The notes: generated by a model from the letters alone, not told the origin. DNA of 64,000 nt from Candidatus Nealsonbacteria bacterium (GCA_047456295.1 CP179887.1:303159-367158), one strand, 5' to 3'. Shown: positions 9,317-18,570, counted from the first letter of the stretch. A program made the numbers and translations.

Positions 9317-10294
9317 TTAGACCTCTTTTATTCTATATCTACCTTCAGGATCTTTTAAAAAATATTGTTTATTGCTCAGGTTTAACAACACGGTGTTTTT
9401 CCTGACCAGTCTCTGTTTTAAAACCTTATTCAAAACATCTTCTCTGGTTAAGGGCTTTTCAGCTTCCTTTAAAATCTTTAAGATTATATCCTTTACCTGG
9501 CCTGGATAATATCCCCATTCAGATAAGGCATAAATCCCCCTGCCCACCAAAACGAATCTCTTATCCTTAATCAATTCGTTATGAACGGTTTGAATATGAC
9601 TGTCTTCAATCAAGCTGGCTGCCTCGCTGAAATGAAGGGGTTTTCCAGCTTTTTTGAAAGCTAGATAAGCCTTGTCCTTTATTCCCCGGGGATTGATTTC
9701 CGGCCAATCTGAAAGCCCATATAAATCTTCCTGGTTTTTCTGAATCTTCTTGGATGCTTCAAGGTAAGAAATCAAGCCTTTTTCCCCCAGGGAAACATAA
9801 GAATTCAGACTTTCCAAAGACAGAGGTTTTTTTCTTTTGTTAAGCTTGCCACCAAGAGTGGTAATGATTTTTTTAGCCAACAGATAAGAATCCTTGTTTA
9901 TTGTCCATAAAGAATGAAAGTCCTCATTCTCGTTAAATCTTTGAAAGGGTTCCCTAAGATTCAATAAAAAATAAACCTCATTCTTTTGATCTTTTCCTCC
10001 CAGTCCTTCCAATAAAACATCTTCTCTTCTCAAACCTCCAAAACCCTTAAGGTATTGTATAAAATAACAGAAAGCTTTTTGATGCTTTTCTGTTTTGGGC
10101 TTTATCTTTTCTAAACTAACCTTTTGTATCTGACGGACCCTCTCCCGGCAAATACCAAAATCCTTGCCAATGAACTCTAAGGTTTCCCTTTCCTTTCTTT
10201 TTAAACCAAAGCGGCGGGAAATAACTTCCTTTTGCCTTTTATTTAAATCAGAAAGTAAATGAGAACATATTTTTTGGTAATTAATATTCTTCAT
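9317..10294 (-). CDS. DNA-binding protein: sigma-70 region-4-like HTH plus HARE-HTH-like C-terminal domain
   Basis: 325 aa. N-terminus RQKEVISRRFGL..TLEFIGKDFGICRERVRQIQKVSLEKI resembles sigma region 4. C-terminus KPLHFSEAASLI...RFVLVGRGIYALSEWGY resembles a HARE-HTH. Confidence 0.65.
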   Translation of the reverse strand: MKNINYQKICSHLLSDLNKRQKEVISRRFGLKRKERETLEFIGKDFGICRERVRQIQKVSLEKIKPKTEKHQKAFCYFIQYLKGFGGLRREDVLLEGLGGKDQKNEVYFLLNLREPFQRFNENEDFHSLWTINKDSYLLAKKIITTLGGKLNKRKKPLSLESLNSYVSLGEKGLISYLEASKKIQKNQEDLYGLSDWPEINPRGIKDKAYLAFKKAGKPLHFSEAASLIEDSHIQTVHNELIKDKRFVLVGRGIYALSEWGYYPGQVKDIILKILKEAEKPLTREDVLNKVLKQRLVRKNTVLLNLSNKQYFLKDPEGRYRIKEV

Positions 10295-10383
10295 GTTGTT
10301 TTATTTAACCATTTCTTAAAAATATCGTCAAGCTCCTGTTTTCCTCAAATGCCAAATATTTTTAAAAAATAATTAATATCTTT

Positions 10384-11046
10384 TTAAAAACCAGAAATTA
10401 AAGCTGAAACAATTCCAACCAAGAATATCCCGTCAAACAAACCTGCTCCCCCAATAGAAAGATACCCCCTATAATGTCTTATCTTGTGTAAATTCAAGAG
10501 ATCAGCCCCTATCAAGCTTCCCAGAACCCCGGAGATGAAAGCACAAGGGGCTGCAAAACCAGGGGCCAAGATTAAAGCAAAGATGGCAGAAAAAACAGGA
10601 GGAATAAAAGCTGGTAAAACAATTCCTTTTCCAGGAATAACCTTGGAAAAAAGTTTAGAAACAACAATCATTAAAGCAACAGCTGTAAAAATAGGTTTTA
10701 ATTCAAAACCCTGAATCTTGGCAAAAAGCAAAAAATAAAGAGAGAGTAAAATAGGAATTACAGCTCCACCTACATTAATAGCCAAGTAATGGGCTTGTAC
10801 TCTTGGCACAGAAAAGAGACCGAAAAAACGGGGTTGCTGGACTAAGATTAATTTTTTCTTGGTTATAGGGATATTAATCAAAGAACCTGCCAAGATACAG
10901 AATAAAATTAACAGGGTTGCTTCAGGAGAAATCCCCAGGTTTTCAAAACCAATGATGATAACCTGAAAATAACCCAGGATAAACAAAAAGGGTAAAAATA
11001 AAATGAATAGGATAAAAACCAAAAAGGCAATGGGTAAAAAAAACAT
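10384..11046 (-). CDS. Integral membrane protein, DUF1614-like
   Basis: 220 aa and all hydrophobic. The INVGGAVIPILLSLYF segment resembles the DUF1614 family. Confidence 0.55.
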   Translation of the reverse strand: MFFLPIAFLVFILFILFLPFLFILGYFQVIIIGFENLGISPEATLLILFCILAGSLINIPITKKKLILVQQPRFFGLFSVPRVQAHYLAINVGGAVIPILLSLYFLLFAKIQGFELKPIFTAVALMIVVSKLFSKVIPGKGIVLPAFIPPVFSAIFALILAPGFAAPCAFISGVLGSLIGADLLNLHKIRHYRGYLSIGGAGLFDGIFLVGIVSALISGF

Positions 11047-11125
11047 GTATGCTAATTATTATTTTAACTTAAAAACAAATATATTAATATTTTGAATGTC
11101 TCTATGCTCTTTTGTTTTTAAGCCC

Positions 11126-13597
11126 TTAACCATACTTTGGATAGCAGCACTTTTTGTATTTTATTGGCCTGCCTGTTTCTGGATGAACCTTACCGCAGGG
11201 ACAGGGATCGTTTCTCCCAACCTTTTTTCTGGCTTGAGCTGGCTTATAATTTCTAACCGGCAAACCACCCTTAGCTTGGCTTTGGGGGGCGAGCCTTACC
11301 TTAAGAATGGTATTTACAACACTTGACTCTATGTTTGAAAGCAGTTTCTGAAACATTTTATAACCTTCCTTTTTATATTCAATCAAAGGATCTCTTCTTC
11401 CATAAGCCCTTAATCTCACCGAGCCTCTTAAATATTCCATGTTTTCCAAATGGCTCATCCAAAGCATGTCCAAGATTCTTAAAGAAATAATCTTTTCAAT
11501 TTTAGCCATATTCTCTTGTCCCACTTCTTTTATTTTTTTATCGTAATCTTCTTTTGAATATCCAGCTTTCTTAAGCATGTCTAAGATTAAAGAACCTAAT
11601 TCTCCTTTCTGGGATTTTTCTAAAATCTCTCTTCTTTTTTTATAAATCACCTCCCTGTGTTTGTTCATTATGTTGTCGTATTCCAACACGTGCTTCCTTA
11701 TATCAAAGTTTATCCCTTCAATCCTTGACTGAGCTTCTTCAATGGCTTTGGAAACCATACCAGCTTCAATGGGCTGATCTTCTGGAAGCTTCAACATGGT
11801 GGTCAAAGACTTCATTCTTTCTCCGCCAAAGATTCTCATTAAATCATCTTCCAAGGAAAGGAAAAACTGGCTGGAACCTGGATCCCCCTGTCTGCCAGAC
11901 CTTCCCCGGAGCTGATTATCAATCCTTCTGGCTTCATGCCTTTCTGTTCCTATTACATGGAGGCCTCCCAGTTTTTTAACTTTCTCTGCCTCCTCTAAAT
12001 TTAAAGGATTGCCTCCCAAGACTATGTCCACTCCCCTGCCTGCCATATTGGTGGCTATGGTTACGGCTTTTATTTTTCCTGCCTGAGCTATAATCTGACC
12101 TTCTTTCTGGTGGTTTTTGGCATTCAAAACCTGATGGGGAATTCCTGCTTTTTCCAATAATCTTACCAAATGCTCATTCTTCCTGACCGACCTTGTTCCA
12201 ACCAAAACAGGCTGTCCTTTCAAATGTCTTTTTTTAATTTCTTCCACCAATGCTTTTTTCTTTCCTTGTTCGGTCTTGTATATCCTGTCTGGTAAATATT
12301 TCCTTATCATTGTCTTGTTGGTAGGAACAACCATCACTCCCAATCCATAAACCTTGTCAAACTCTTCAGCTGAAGTGAGGGCTGTACCTGTCATTCCAGC
12401 TAACTTCTTACACATCCTGAATAGATTCTGAAAGGTAATGGAAGCTAAAGTAACAGATTCAGGATTAACCGTCACTTTTTCTTTTGCCTCAATTGCCTGA
12501 TGAAGACCCCTTGACCAACGACGACCAGGCATTAGTCTGCCGGTAAATTCATCAATAATAATAACCTTGCCGTCTTTAACCACGTAATCCCTGTCTCGCT
12601 TAAAAAGAGTTTCAGCTCGCAAAGCCTGCTCTAAATAATGTAAATATCTTATTCCTTTTTCTTCATAAATATTCTTCAATCCCAGGATTTTTTCTACTTT
12701 ATCAATTCCTTCCTCGGTTAAGGGAACCACCTTCATTTTTTCATCAATCTTGTAGTCTTTGGCTGTCTCAAGTCTGGGAATAATTCTGGCAAAGTCTTTG
12801 TACCACTTTGAACTTTCAACATCAGGCGCTGAAATAATCAGGGGTGTTCTGGCTTCGTCAATTAAAATTGAATCAACCTCATCAATGATGGCATAGTGAA
12901 ACCCTCTCTGAACCTGCTGGTTTAAATCATAAACCATGTTATCCCGCAGATAATCAAAACCGAATTCATTATTGGTTCCATAGATAATGTCAGCTGAATA
13001 AGCTTCTTTTCTAAGACAGGGTCTTAAAAAATCTTCCACCACATAAAAACCGCCCAGTTGATCTCTCATCTCTTCTCTTTCTTCAGCAGGCTTTTTATAT
13101 TCAGGGTCGTATAAAAAAGATTGCTGATGATTCAAACAACCCACGCTTAATCCTAAGGCGTGATAAATCTGCCCCATCCAGACCGTATCCCTTCTTGATA
13201 AATAATCATTAACAGTAACCAAATGGCATCCTTTTTCTTCCAAGGCGTTTAGATATAAAGGAAGGGTGGCAGCTAAGGTCTTTCCCTCCCCTGTCTTCAT
13301 TTCAGCTATCTTGCCTTCATGTAAAACAATCCCGCCAATTAATTGGCAATCGTAATGCCTCTGATTTAAGGTTCTTTTTGAAGCCTCTCTCGCCAAAGCA
13401 AAGGCTTCAGGCAATAAATCATCCAGGGTCTCTCCTTTTTTTAATCTCTCTTTAAATTCTTTTGTTTTTTCTTTTAATTTTTCATCAGAAAAACCCTCGA
13501 ATTCTTTCTCGAGGTTATTTATTTTATCAATCAAGGGCTGCAACTTCTTTAAATATTTTTCATTAGGGCTACCAAAAATTTTACTTATGATTGACAT
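11126..13597 (-). CDS. secA: Preprotein translocase ATPase SecA
   Basis: 823 aa. Contains [37 protein letters not shown] and a C-terminal zinc tail CPCG...KYKKCC. Confidence 0.97.
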   Translation of the reverse strand: MSIISKIFGSPNEKYLKKLQPLIDKINNLEKEFEGFSDEKLKEKTKEFKERLKKGETLDDLLPEAFALAREASKRTLNQRHYDCQLIGGIVLHEGKIAEMKTGEGKTLAATLPLYLNALEEKGCHLVTVNDYLSRRDTVWMGQIYHALGLSVGCLNHQQSFLYDPEYKKPAEEREEMRDQLGGFYVVEDFLRPCLRKEAYSADIIYGTNNEFGFDYLRDNMVYDLNQQVQRGFHYAIIDEVDSILIDEARTPLIISAPDVESSKWYKDFARIIPRLETAKDYKIDEKMKVVPLTEEGIDKVEKILGLKNIYEEKGIRYLHYLEQALRAETLFKRDRDYVVKDGKVIIIDEFTGRLMPGRRWSRGLHQAIEAKEKVTVNPESVTLASITFQNLFRMCKKLAGMTGTALTSAEEFDKVYGLGVMVVPTNKTMIRKYLPDRIYKTEQGKKKALVEEIKKRHLKGQPVLVGTRSVRKNEHLVRLLEKAGIPHQVLNAKNHQKEGQIIAQAGKIKAVTIATNMAGRGVDIVLGGNPLNLEEAEKVKKLGGLHVIGTERHEARRIDNQLRGRSGRQGDPGSSQFFLSLEDDLMRIFGGERMKSLTTMLKLPEDQPIEAGMVSKAIEEAQSRIEGINFDIRKHVLEYDNIMNKHREVIYKKRREILEKSQKGELGSLILDMLKKAGYSKEDYDKKIKEVGQENMAKIEKIISLRILDMLWMSHLENMEYLRGSVRLRAYGRRDPLIEYKKEGYKMFQKLLSNIESSVVNTILKVRLAPQSQAKGGLPVRNYKPAQARKKVGRNDPCPCGKVHPETGRPIKYKKCCYPKYG

Positions 13598-13619
13598 ACT
13601 GATATTTTAAACTAGTCCA

Positions 13620-13645
13620 TAAAAAAAATAAAGCCCGAAGGCTTG
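13620..13645 (-). terminator. Putative intrinsic terminator or attenuator upstream of secA
   Basis: Minus sense: AAGCC-TTCG-GGCTT followed by TATTTTTTTT. It sits only ~20 nt before the secA start, so it may be partial. Confidence 0.45.
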
Positions 13646-13683
13646 AAATTTTAATTAAAATATATGATTTAAATGATAATGTG

Positions 13684-13917
13684 CTATTTTTCCTCTTGAA
13701 TATATGCCCTTTCTGAACCTGAGAAATCAACTAGTGAAACGTTAACCTCTTTTATCTTTGAAACGCCACTTTCTTTAAGCTCAAGGATAACTTCCTTCAG
13801 CTTTTCCTTTAACTCTTCTGGGTTGTCTATTAAGTTTTCTATCATATCTTTAGGAATAGCGCATCTACGAGTATTCGACAAGTCCAAAATACATATATTC
13901 AATTCTCCTATTTTCAA
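13684..13917 (-). CDS. Hypothetical small acidic protein
   Basis: 77-aa ORF with no recognisable motif. Supported only by being an intergenic-sized ORF co-oriented with its neighbours. Confidence 0.35.
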   Translation of the reverse strand: MKIGELNICILDLSNTRRCAIPKDMIENLIDNPEELKEKLKEVILELKESGVSKIKEVNVSLVDFSGSERAYIQEEK

Positions 13918-13995
13918 TTTTTAACATCCTCTTTTTGATAATTTTTTTTAATAAGACTAGTTTAAAATAAAAAAATAATTTTGTCAAATATAAAT

Positions 13996-15120
13996 TTAAA
14001 GGTAGGCATATATTGGTTCTTTGAATTTCACTTTTTTTGGTCTTAAGGGCAGATATTGAAAAATATAGAGAGCTGCTCCTAATTTGGGAGATTTTTTAAT
14101 AATCTTTTTATCAAACATCAAAGAAAGTCTTTTTGTGATTTCTTTGTCCTCTTTGTGAAGCATAATATAGGGATAATAAATTTTATTTAGAATCAACTCC
14201 TCTATAATCAAATTATTTTTAGTAAAGAAATCCTGCAAAAACAAGAATCTGTTTCCTATCGTCCCTTCCCCTACTTCCAAAAATACTATTCCTCCATCTT
14301 CACTCAATTGATTTTTTCCAAATTTAACAAACTCTTTCACCCCAGCTGCCGTATACATAGGGTTTGTTAAAAACCCGATAAATTTTTCTCCCAAGAATTT
14401 TTGCTTTCTTATATCAACTTTCCGGGTTTCAATTTTCAAATTGAATCTCAAAGCAAGGTTATCAATGCAGGAAAGCAACTCTTCATCTGCATCAATAACA
14501 AGAGATTCTATTTTCGGATTAACTAAACTTAAAATTATTGAAATGAAATCATCGTCTCCAACAAATAAAAACTTCTTATTTTTAGGAAGATATCTTAATA
14601 TCTTTTCAACAACAAAAAAAGCAGATTCTGTAGAAATTGGCATCTGGTCCCATTTACCTTTTATTTTAAAAGCCTGAAACTTTTTAAATAAATTAACAAC
14701 GGGTCCTTTGTCTCTAATCTTTAACTTTAATTTTATTTCAATCTTTCTTTTTATCTCCTTGCTATTTTGAGGTCTGGGAATTATTTCCTCAATTTCTTTT
14801 TTAACTAAAGAAACCTTACCGTTTTTTTTAATCTTAATTATCTTTTCCTTTTCTAAAAACTTTAGATAATACCAAAGATTCCAATCTTCTTCTGATTTTT
14901 TAACAATGAAATCAAAAACATTTCTGGAATAAATTATGTCTTTAACATAACTTAAAAATCCTAAAAAGGGAGTTTTTTGATAATTTTCATAAAATTCCTT
15001 AAGAATTTTTTTATTTAACTTAAGTTCTCCTACTCCAATCCAAATTTTTGCATCACAAAGAAAGTAATTTCTATCAAATTTTAAAAATTTCTTATAAAGA
15101 TTTTTCAAGAATTTTTCCAT
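13996..15120 (-). CDS. DUF43/BpsA-like aminopropyltransferase (candidate branched-chain polyamine synthase)
   Basis: 374 aa. KKFLFVGDDDFISIILSL carries the GDDD motif I recall from the N4-bis(aminopropyl)spermidine synthase family. Lies directly downstream of speE (1-nt gap). Confidence 0.55.
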   Translation of the reverse strand: MEKFLKNLYKKFLKFDRNYFLCDAKIWIGVGELKLNKKILKEFYENYQKTPFLGFLSYVKDIIYSRNVFDFIVKKSEEDWNLWYYLKFLEKEKIIKIKKNGKVSLVKKEIEEIIPRPQNSKEIKRKIEIKLKLKIRDKGPVVNLFKKFQAFKIKGKWDQMPISTESAFFVVEKILRYLPKNKKFLFVGDDDFISIILSLVNPKIESLVIDADEELLSCIDNLALRFNLKIETRKVDIRKQKFLGEKFIGFLTNPMYTAAGVKEFVKFGKNQLSEDGGIVFLEVGEGTIGNRFLFLQDFFTKNNLIIEELILNKIYYPYIMLHKEDKEITKRLSLMFDKKIIKKSPKLGAALYIFQYLPLRPKKVKFKEPIYAYL

Positions 15121-15121
15121 A

Positions 15122-15979
15122 TTATTTCAATCTTTTTCTATAAAATTTAGGTAGAATTCCTGAAGCTAAATGTATTTCAGGAGAATAGTATTTAATATCT
15201 TTGATCTTTTTAAATCTCTTTTCTATCTTTTTAATACCAAAACCTTCCAGATTTATCTTTTTAGAAGCTAAAGTAAAACTAAAATCCGAGCCTTGATAAT
15301 CAGGAGTAAATATCCGGTGTACTTTTACATAGGGGAAAAAAGGTTTTAGGTTTTTAATAGCTGTCTTGATTTCTGAGATTTGGTCTAAAAAATTTCCACT
15401 TTGGGTAATAAAAATTCCTTGTTTTTTTAAAGCCGAAAAACTATTCTTATAAAATCTTTTTTGAAACAAAGGAAAAGAAAAACCCATTGGATCGGTAGAG
15501 TCAACAATTATTACATCAAAGAAATCTTTAAATTTTTTAATAAAGGTTGTCCCGTCTTCAAAAAACAATCTCACTTTTTTTTGCTTTAAAGAATTCTTGA
15601 GATTTAGAAATGGAAGATATTTTTTTGAAACTTCCACTACTTTTGAATCCAATTCTGCTAAAAAAATTTCTTTTAAGGAGTGTTTTAAAACCTCGCGGAG
15701 GACGCCACCATCCCCTCCCCCTATAATCAAAATTCTTTTTGGATTTGGGTGATAAAATAAAGGCAGGTGAGAAATCATTTCATGATAGATAAATTCATAT
15801 TTTTCTGACAACTGTAAAATACCATCTAAAACAAAAATCCTTCCTAAAGCGAAGGTATCTAAGATTTCAATTTTCTGATATTTACTTTTTCCAAGATAAA
15901 CCCTCTTTTTTAATCGCAAACCAGTTCTATAATTCTGAACAGTATTGGGAAGTTTTTTTTCAAAAAACCATTCTTTCAT
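15122..15979 (-). CDS. speE: Spermidine synthase (aminopropyltransferase)
   Basis: 285 aa. Contains ILIIGGGDGGVLREVLKH and VIIVDSTDPMG. Confidence 0.9.
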   Translation of the reverse strand: MKEWFFEKKLPNTVQNYRTGLRLKKRVYLGKSKYQKIEILDTFALGRIFVLDGILQLSEKYEFIYHEMISHLPLFYHPNPKRILIIGGGDGGVLREVLKHSLKEIFLAELDSKVVEVSKKYLPFLNLKNSLKQKKVRLFFEDGTTFIKKFKDFFDVIIVDSTDPMGFSFPLFQKRFYKNSFSALKKQGIFITQSGNFLDQISEIKTAIKNLKPFFPYVKVHRIFTPDYQGSDFSFTLASKKINLEGFGIKKIEKRFKKIKDIKYYSPEIHLASGILPKFYRKRLK

Positions 15980-15983
15980 ATTC

Positions 15984-16346
15984 TCAGCGAGTGAGTGTTC
16001 TATTTTTAACTCTTTTTGCTTTAAAAAATTTCTTAGTAAAATCCTTGGCTATTTTATCGTCAAATGATTTACAAGAAAAGATATTAATGAATGCCCTGTT
16101 CCATTGCTCGGAAAAATGACCTGAAACCAAACTGGTTTCTATTAACTGAACCAAAGAGAAGCCAGCTGTAAAACCTGTTCCAAATCTTATGACAATCGCT
16201 TTGCCGTATTTTTTAACTTTAATCAATTTACAGATTTTATCTGAATATTCTGAAATTTTCTTCTTTGATTTTAAAATCTTTGGATCACAGTCATAAAGAT
16301 CCATAATCAATTCCTGCCCAAAAATTTTCGATTGATTTCCTTTCAT
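15984..16346 (-). CDS. S-adenosylmethionine decarboxylase-like paralog with altered processing motif
   Basis: 120 aa. GQELIMDLYDCD and INIFSCKSF align with SpeH, but the ES-H self-cleavage site reads LIETSLVSGHFSE. It has a 4-nt overlap with the upstream canonical speH. Confidence 0.7.
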   Translation of the reverse strand: MKGNQSKIFGQELIMDLYDCDPKILKSKKKISEYSDKICKLIKVKKYGKAIVIRFGTGFTAGFSLVQLIETSLVSGHFSEQWNRAFINIFSCKSFDDKIAKDFTKKFFKAKRVKNRTLTR

Positions 16347-16750
16347 ATCTTTCCTCTTTTTATATTCTTTATTTCAACTTTTTTTGGTTTAAATTCCTTT
16401 TTAAAATAATCCAAGGCTTTGGCAGGAATAGACTTATCACCACAGGTAAAAATATCTATTGCCAAATAATTGTACTCAGGCCAAGAATGAAAAGCAATGT
16501 GGCTTTCAGCTAACAAAACAACCCCAGTAATACCATGGGGTGAGAATTTATAAATATCTACTTTTAAAGGAGTGCTGTTTGCCTTTTTAGCAGCTGTAAT
16601 CAAAATCTTTTTTAATTCTTCTTTGTCTTCCACAATCTTCCCATACCAAAACTCGGCAATCAGATGAATGCCTGCATATCTTGTTTTTTCTTTGGCGTTT
16701 ATGACCCATCTTATGGATCTCTTTGTTTTTTGGAACATTTTTTTTGACAA
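16343..16750 (-). CDS. speH: S-adenosylmethionine decarboxylase proenzyme (pyruvoyl type)
   Basis: 135 aa. GIHLIAEFWYG, the canonical LLAESHIAFHSWPE processing site, and IDIFTCG. Confidence 0.9.
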   Translation of the reverse strand: MSKKMFQKTKRSIRWVINAKEKTRYAGIHLIAEFWYGKIVEDKEELKKILITAAKKANSTPLKVDIYKFSPHGITGVVLLAESHIAFHSWPEYNYLAIDIFTCGDKSIPAKALDYFKKEFKPKKVEIKNIKRGKI

Positions 16751-16778
16751 CCGCTTTATCTTTCAACATTGTTAATTA

Positions 16779-16818
16779 AAAAAATGCTGAAAAACTGTCT
16801 CAACAGATCTTGTTGAGA
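16779..16818 (-). terminator. Possible terminator after hpf
   Basis: Minus sense: TCTCAACA-AGATC-TGTTGAGA stem-loop followed by an interrupted T-rich stretch (CAGTTTTTCAGCATTTTTTT). Confidence 0.35.
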
Positions 16819-16855
16819 AAAACAAAGAGTGAAACAAAAAAGCGATTGAGGTTAA

Positions 16856-17302
16856 TTAAATACCTTCCTGTCTTATTCTCCCCTTCTCATTAAATCTGGC
16901 CTGGGGAGATAATTTTATTTCTTTTTTAAGAACTCTACTTTTTCTTTTTTTCTTTGAAATTATTCTTTCTTTTTGTTGTTTTAATTCTCTCTGCAGTTCA
17001 TCCTTCACTTGAGTTATTGCCAGTCTCAAATCTCTGGAACTAGCTTCTGACCTTACACTTTTTCCGAGAAACCTTATCTGGCATTCAGCCCGGAAAAATG
17101 GTCCCTTTCTATGATGTAAGGTTTCCTTTTCAATCTCCACCCAGGCCTCAAGTACCGGCTTTACCTTGCCTGAAGAAGGACTGCGATATTTTCCATCGTA
17201 CAATATCTTAATAAATTTTTCAAGAGGATCTATTCTTTCTCTGATAAAATTTTCAATGGCTCCAGTTAATAATATATTTTTAGCTTTAATAGTTATTTTC
17301 AT
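16856..17302 (-). CDS. hpf: Ribosome hibernation promoting factor (HPF/RaiA family) with basic C-terminal tail
   Basis: MKITIKAKNILLTGAIENFIRERIDPLEKF is the typical HPF N-terminus. The ORF track extends to 17350, but the internal Met at 17302 fits the family start. Confidence 0.8.
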   Translation of the reverse strand: MKITIKAKNILLTGAIENFIRERIDPLEKFIKILYDGKYRSPSSGKVKPVLEAWVEIEKETLHHRKGPFFRAECQIRFLGKSVRSEASSRDLRLAITQVKDELQRELKQQKERIISKKKRKSRVLKKEIKLSPQARFNEKGRIRQEGI

Positions 17303-17378
17303 AAAAAAAACCCCGCCTTTTAAGTTTATCATTTTTGAAAATCTTTTCAAGTATCTAAACTAAGACGGGGAAGAGTTT

Positions 17379-17477
17379 TTATCTTTTCTTTCTTTTTTTT
17401 CTCTTCTTGGTTTTCTTCTTTGCTTTCTTTTTCTTTGCTTTCTTTTTCTTTGCTCTCTTTTTTCTTTTTTTTGCCAT
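17379..17477 (-). CDS. Candidate 32-aa polybasic micro-protein (MAKKRKKRAKKKKAKKKKAKKKTKKRKKRKKR)
   Basis: Hand translation, ATG at 17477..17475 and TAA at 17381..17379. Below the ORF-track cut-off. No obvious SD, and it lies in a ~95-nt polypurine tract, so it may be non-coding. Confidence 0.3.
   Translation of the reverse strand: MAKKRKKRAKKKKAKKKKAKKKTKKRKKRKKR
17418..17462. repeat. 15-nt tandem repeat x3 (CTTTGCTTTCTTTTT) inside a polypyrimidine tract
   Basis: Read directly: ctttgctttcttttt / ctttgctttcttttt / ctttgctctcttttt. On the minus strand it encodes the (AKKKK)n core of the micro-ORF. Confidence 0.9.
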
Positions 17478-17625
17478 GTTTTAATTTTTTTTCAAAAAAT
17501 TATTTAAGCAAATAGTCGACCGCTATCGCCGAAAGAAACTTATTACTTTATTTTTTCACTTTAATAGATAATGTCAAGTGTGGAAAATTTTTATTTTTCA
17601 TTTTTTGCAAATTTTTGGAAAATAA

Positions 17626-18570
17626 TTAAAGATATTGGAGTTCTTCTTTCAAAATTATCCCAAATTTCTCTTTAACTTTCTTTTTTGTTAACCTTATTAA
17701 CTTTTTAACATCCTTTGCTTTTCCATTTTTCACATTAATAATGAAATTTGAATGCTTTTTTGAAATTTTTACACCTCCGATTCTCTTTCCGCTCAATCCA
17801 CATTCTGCAATTAATTTTCCAGCAGGAAGAGTTTGAACTTTTTTCTTTCTTAAACCTTTACCAATACGGGGATTTTCAAAAATACTTCCTACCGAAGGAA
17901 AGTCTAAAGGATGAAATTTCTTACGATAATTTACATATCCTTTCATTTCTTTTTCACTTTTCTTTCTGTTTCCTTTTTTAAATTGAACTTCGCAAGAAAG
18001 AATAATCAAATTGGGATTTTTTTTAAAGATACTGTTTCGATAACTGAATTTACAATCTTTATTTTTTACAATTATTCTTTTTTGCTTTTTTACATCAAAA
18101 ACCTCAACCTTTTTCACAATATCTTTCATTGATTTTCCAAAAGCCCCGGCATTTCCCCTTATAGCCCCTCCTACTGTCCCGGGAATTCCCGCTGCCCACT
18201 CTAATCCGCTTAAACTATTCTTTGAAGCAATCTTGGTCAGCTGTTCTATTGATAGACCAGCTTGTGCAAAAATCCTGCAATTTTGCACCTCAAATCCTGA
18301 ATGTTGAACCTTTATTATCAATCCATTAAAGCCTTTGTCTGAAATCAATAATTTGCTTCCTCCTCCCAAGATATAAAAAGGGAGATTGAATTTTTTTGCC
18401 GCCTTAACTGCCAGAATTAAATCTTCCTTTGTTTTGGCCTTAAAGAAATACTTAGCCCTGCCTCCGATCCTGAAAGTAGTGTGGTTTTTAAGCGATATAT
18501 CAAATCGTATTTTAGGAAAAAGTTTCTTTAGTTCCTGATATACTTTAGTTTTCATATTATAAAGGGCCAA
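17626..18570 (-). CDS. murB: UDP-N-acetylenolpyruvoylglucosamine reductase
   Basis: 314 aa. Contains NHTTFRIGGRAKYF, GGGSKLL, GIPGTVGGAIRGNAGAFG and a C-terminal SNFIIN. The TTG start at 18570 has AGGAG 8 nt upstream. Confidence 0.9.
   Translation of the reverse strand: MALYNMKTKVYQELKKLFPKIRFDISLKNHTTFRIGGRAKYFFKAKTKEDLILAVKAAKKFNLPFYILGGGSKLLISDKGFNGLIIKVQHSGFEVQNCRIFAQAGLSIEQLTKIASKNSLSGLEWAAGIPGTVGGAIRGNAGAFGKSMKDIVKKVEVFDVKKQKRIIVKNKDCKFSYRNSIFKKNPNLIILSCEVQFKKGNRKKSEKEMKGYVNYRKKFHPLDFPSVGSIFENPRIGKGLRKKKVQTLPAGKLIAECGLSGKRIGGVKISKKHSNFIINVKNGKAKDVKKLIRLTKKKVKEKFGIILKEELQYL

Noticed and set aside
16587-16769. 60-aa ORF overlapping the 5' part of speH in another frame.
   Set aside because: The speH frame carries the canonical AdoMetDC motifs, and the alternate frame has none.
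17385-17475. The polypyrimidine/tandem-repeat tract, considered as a CRISPR-like or minisatellite array.
   Set aside because: It has only three contiguous 15-nt units and no spacers, so it is not a CRISPR array. It is kept only as a simple tandem repeat and micro-ORF candidate.
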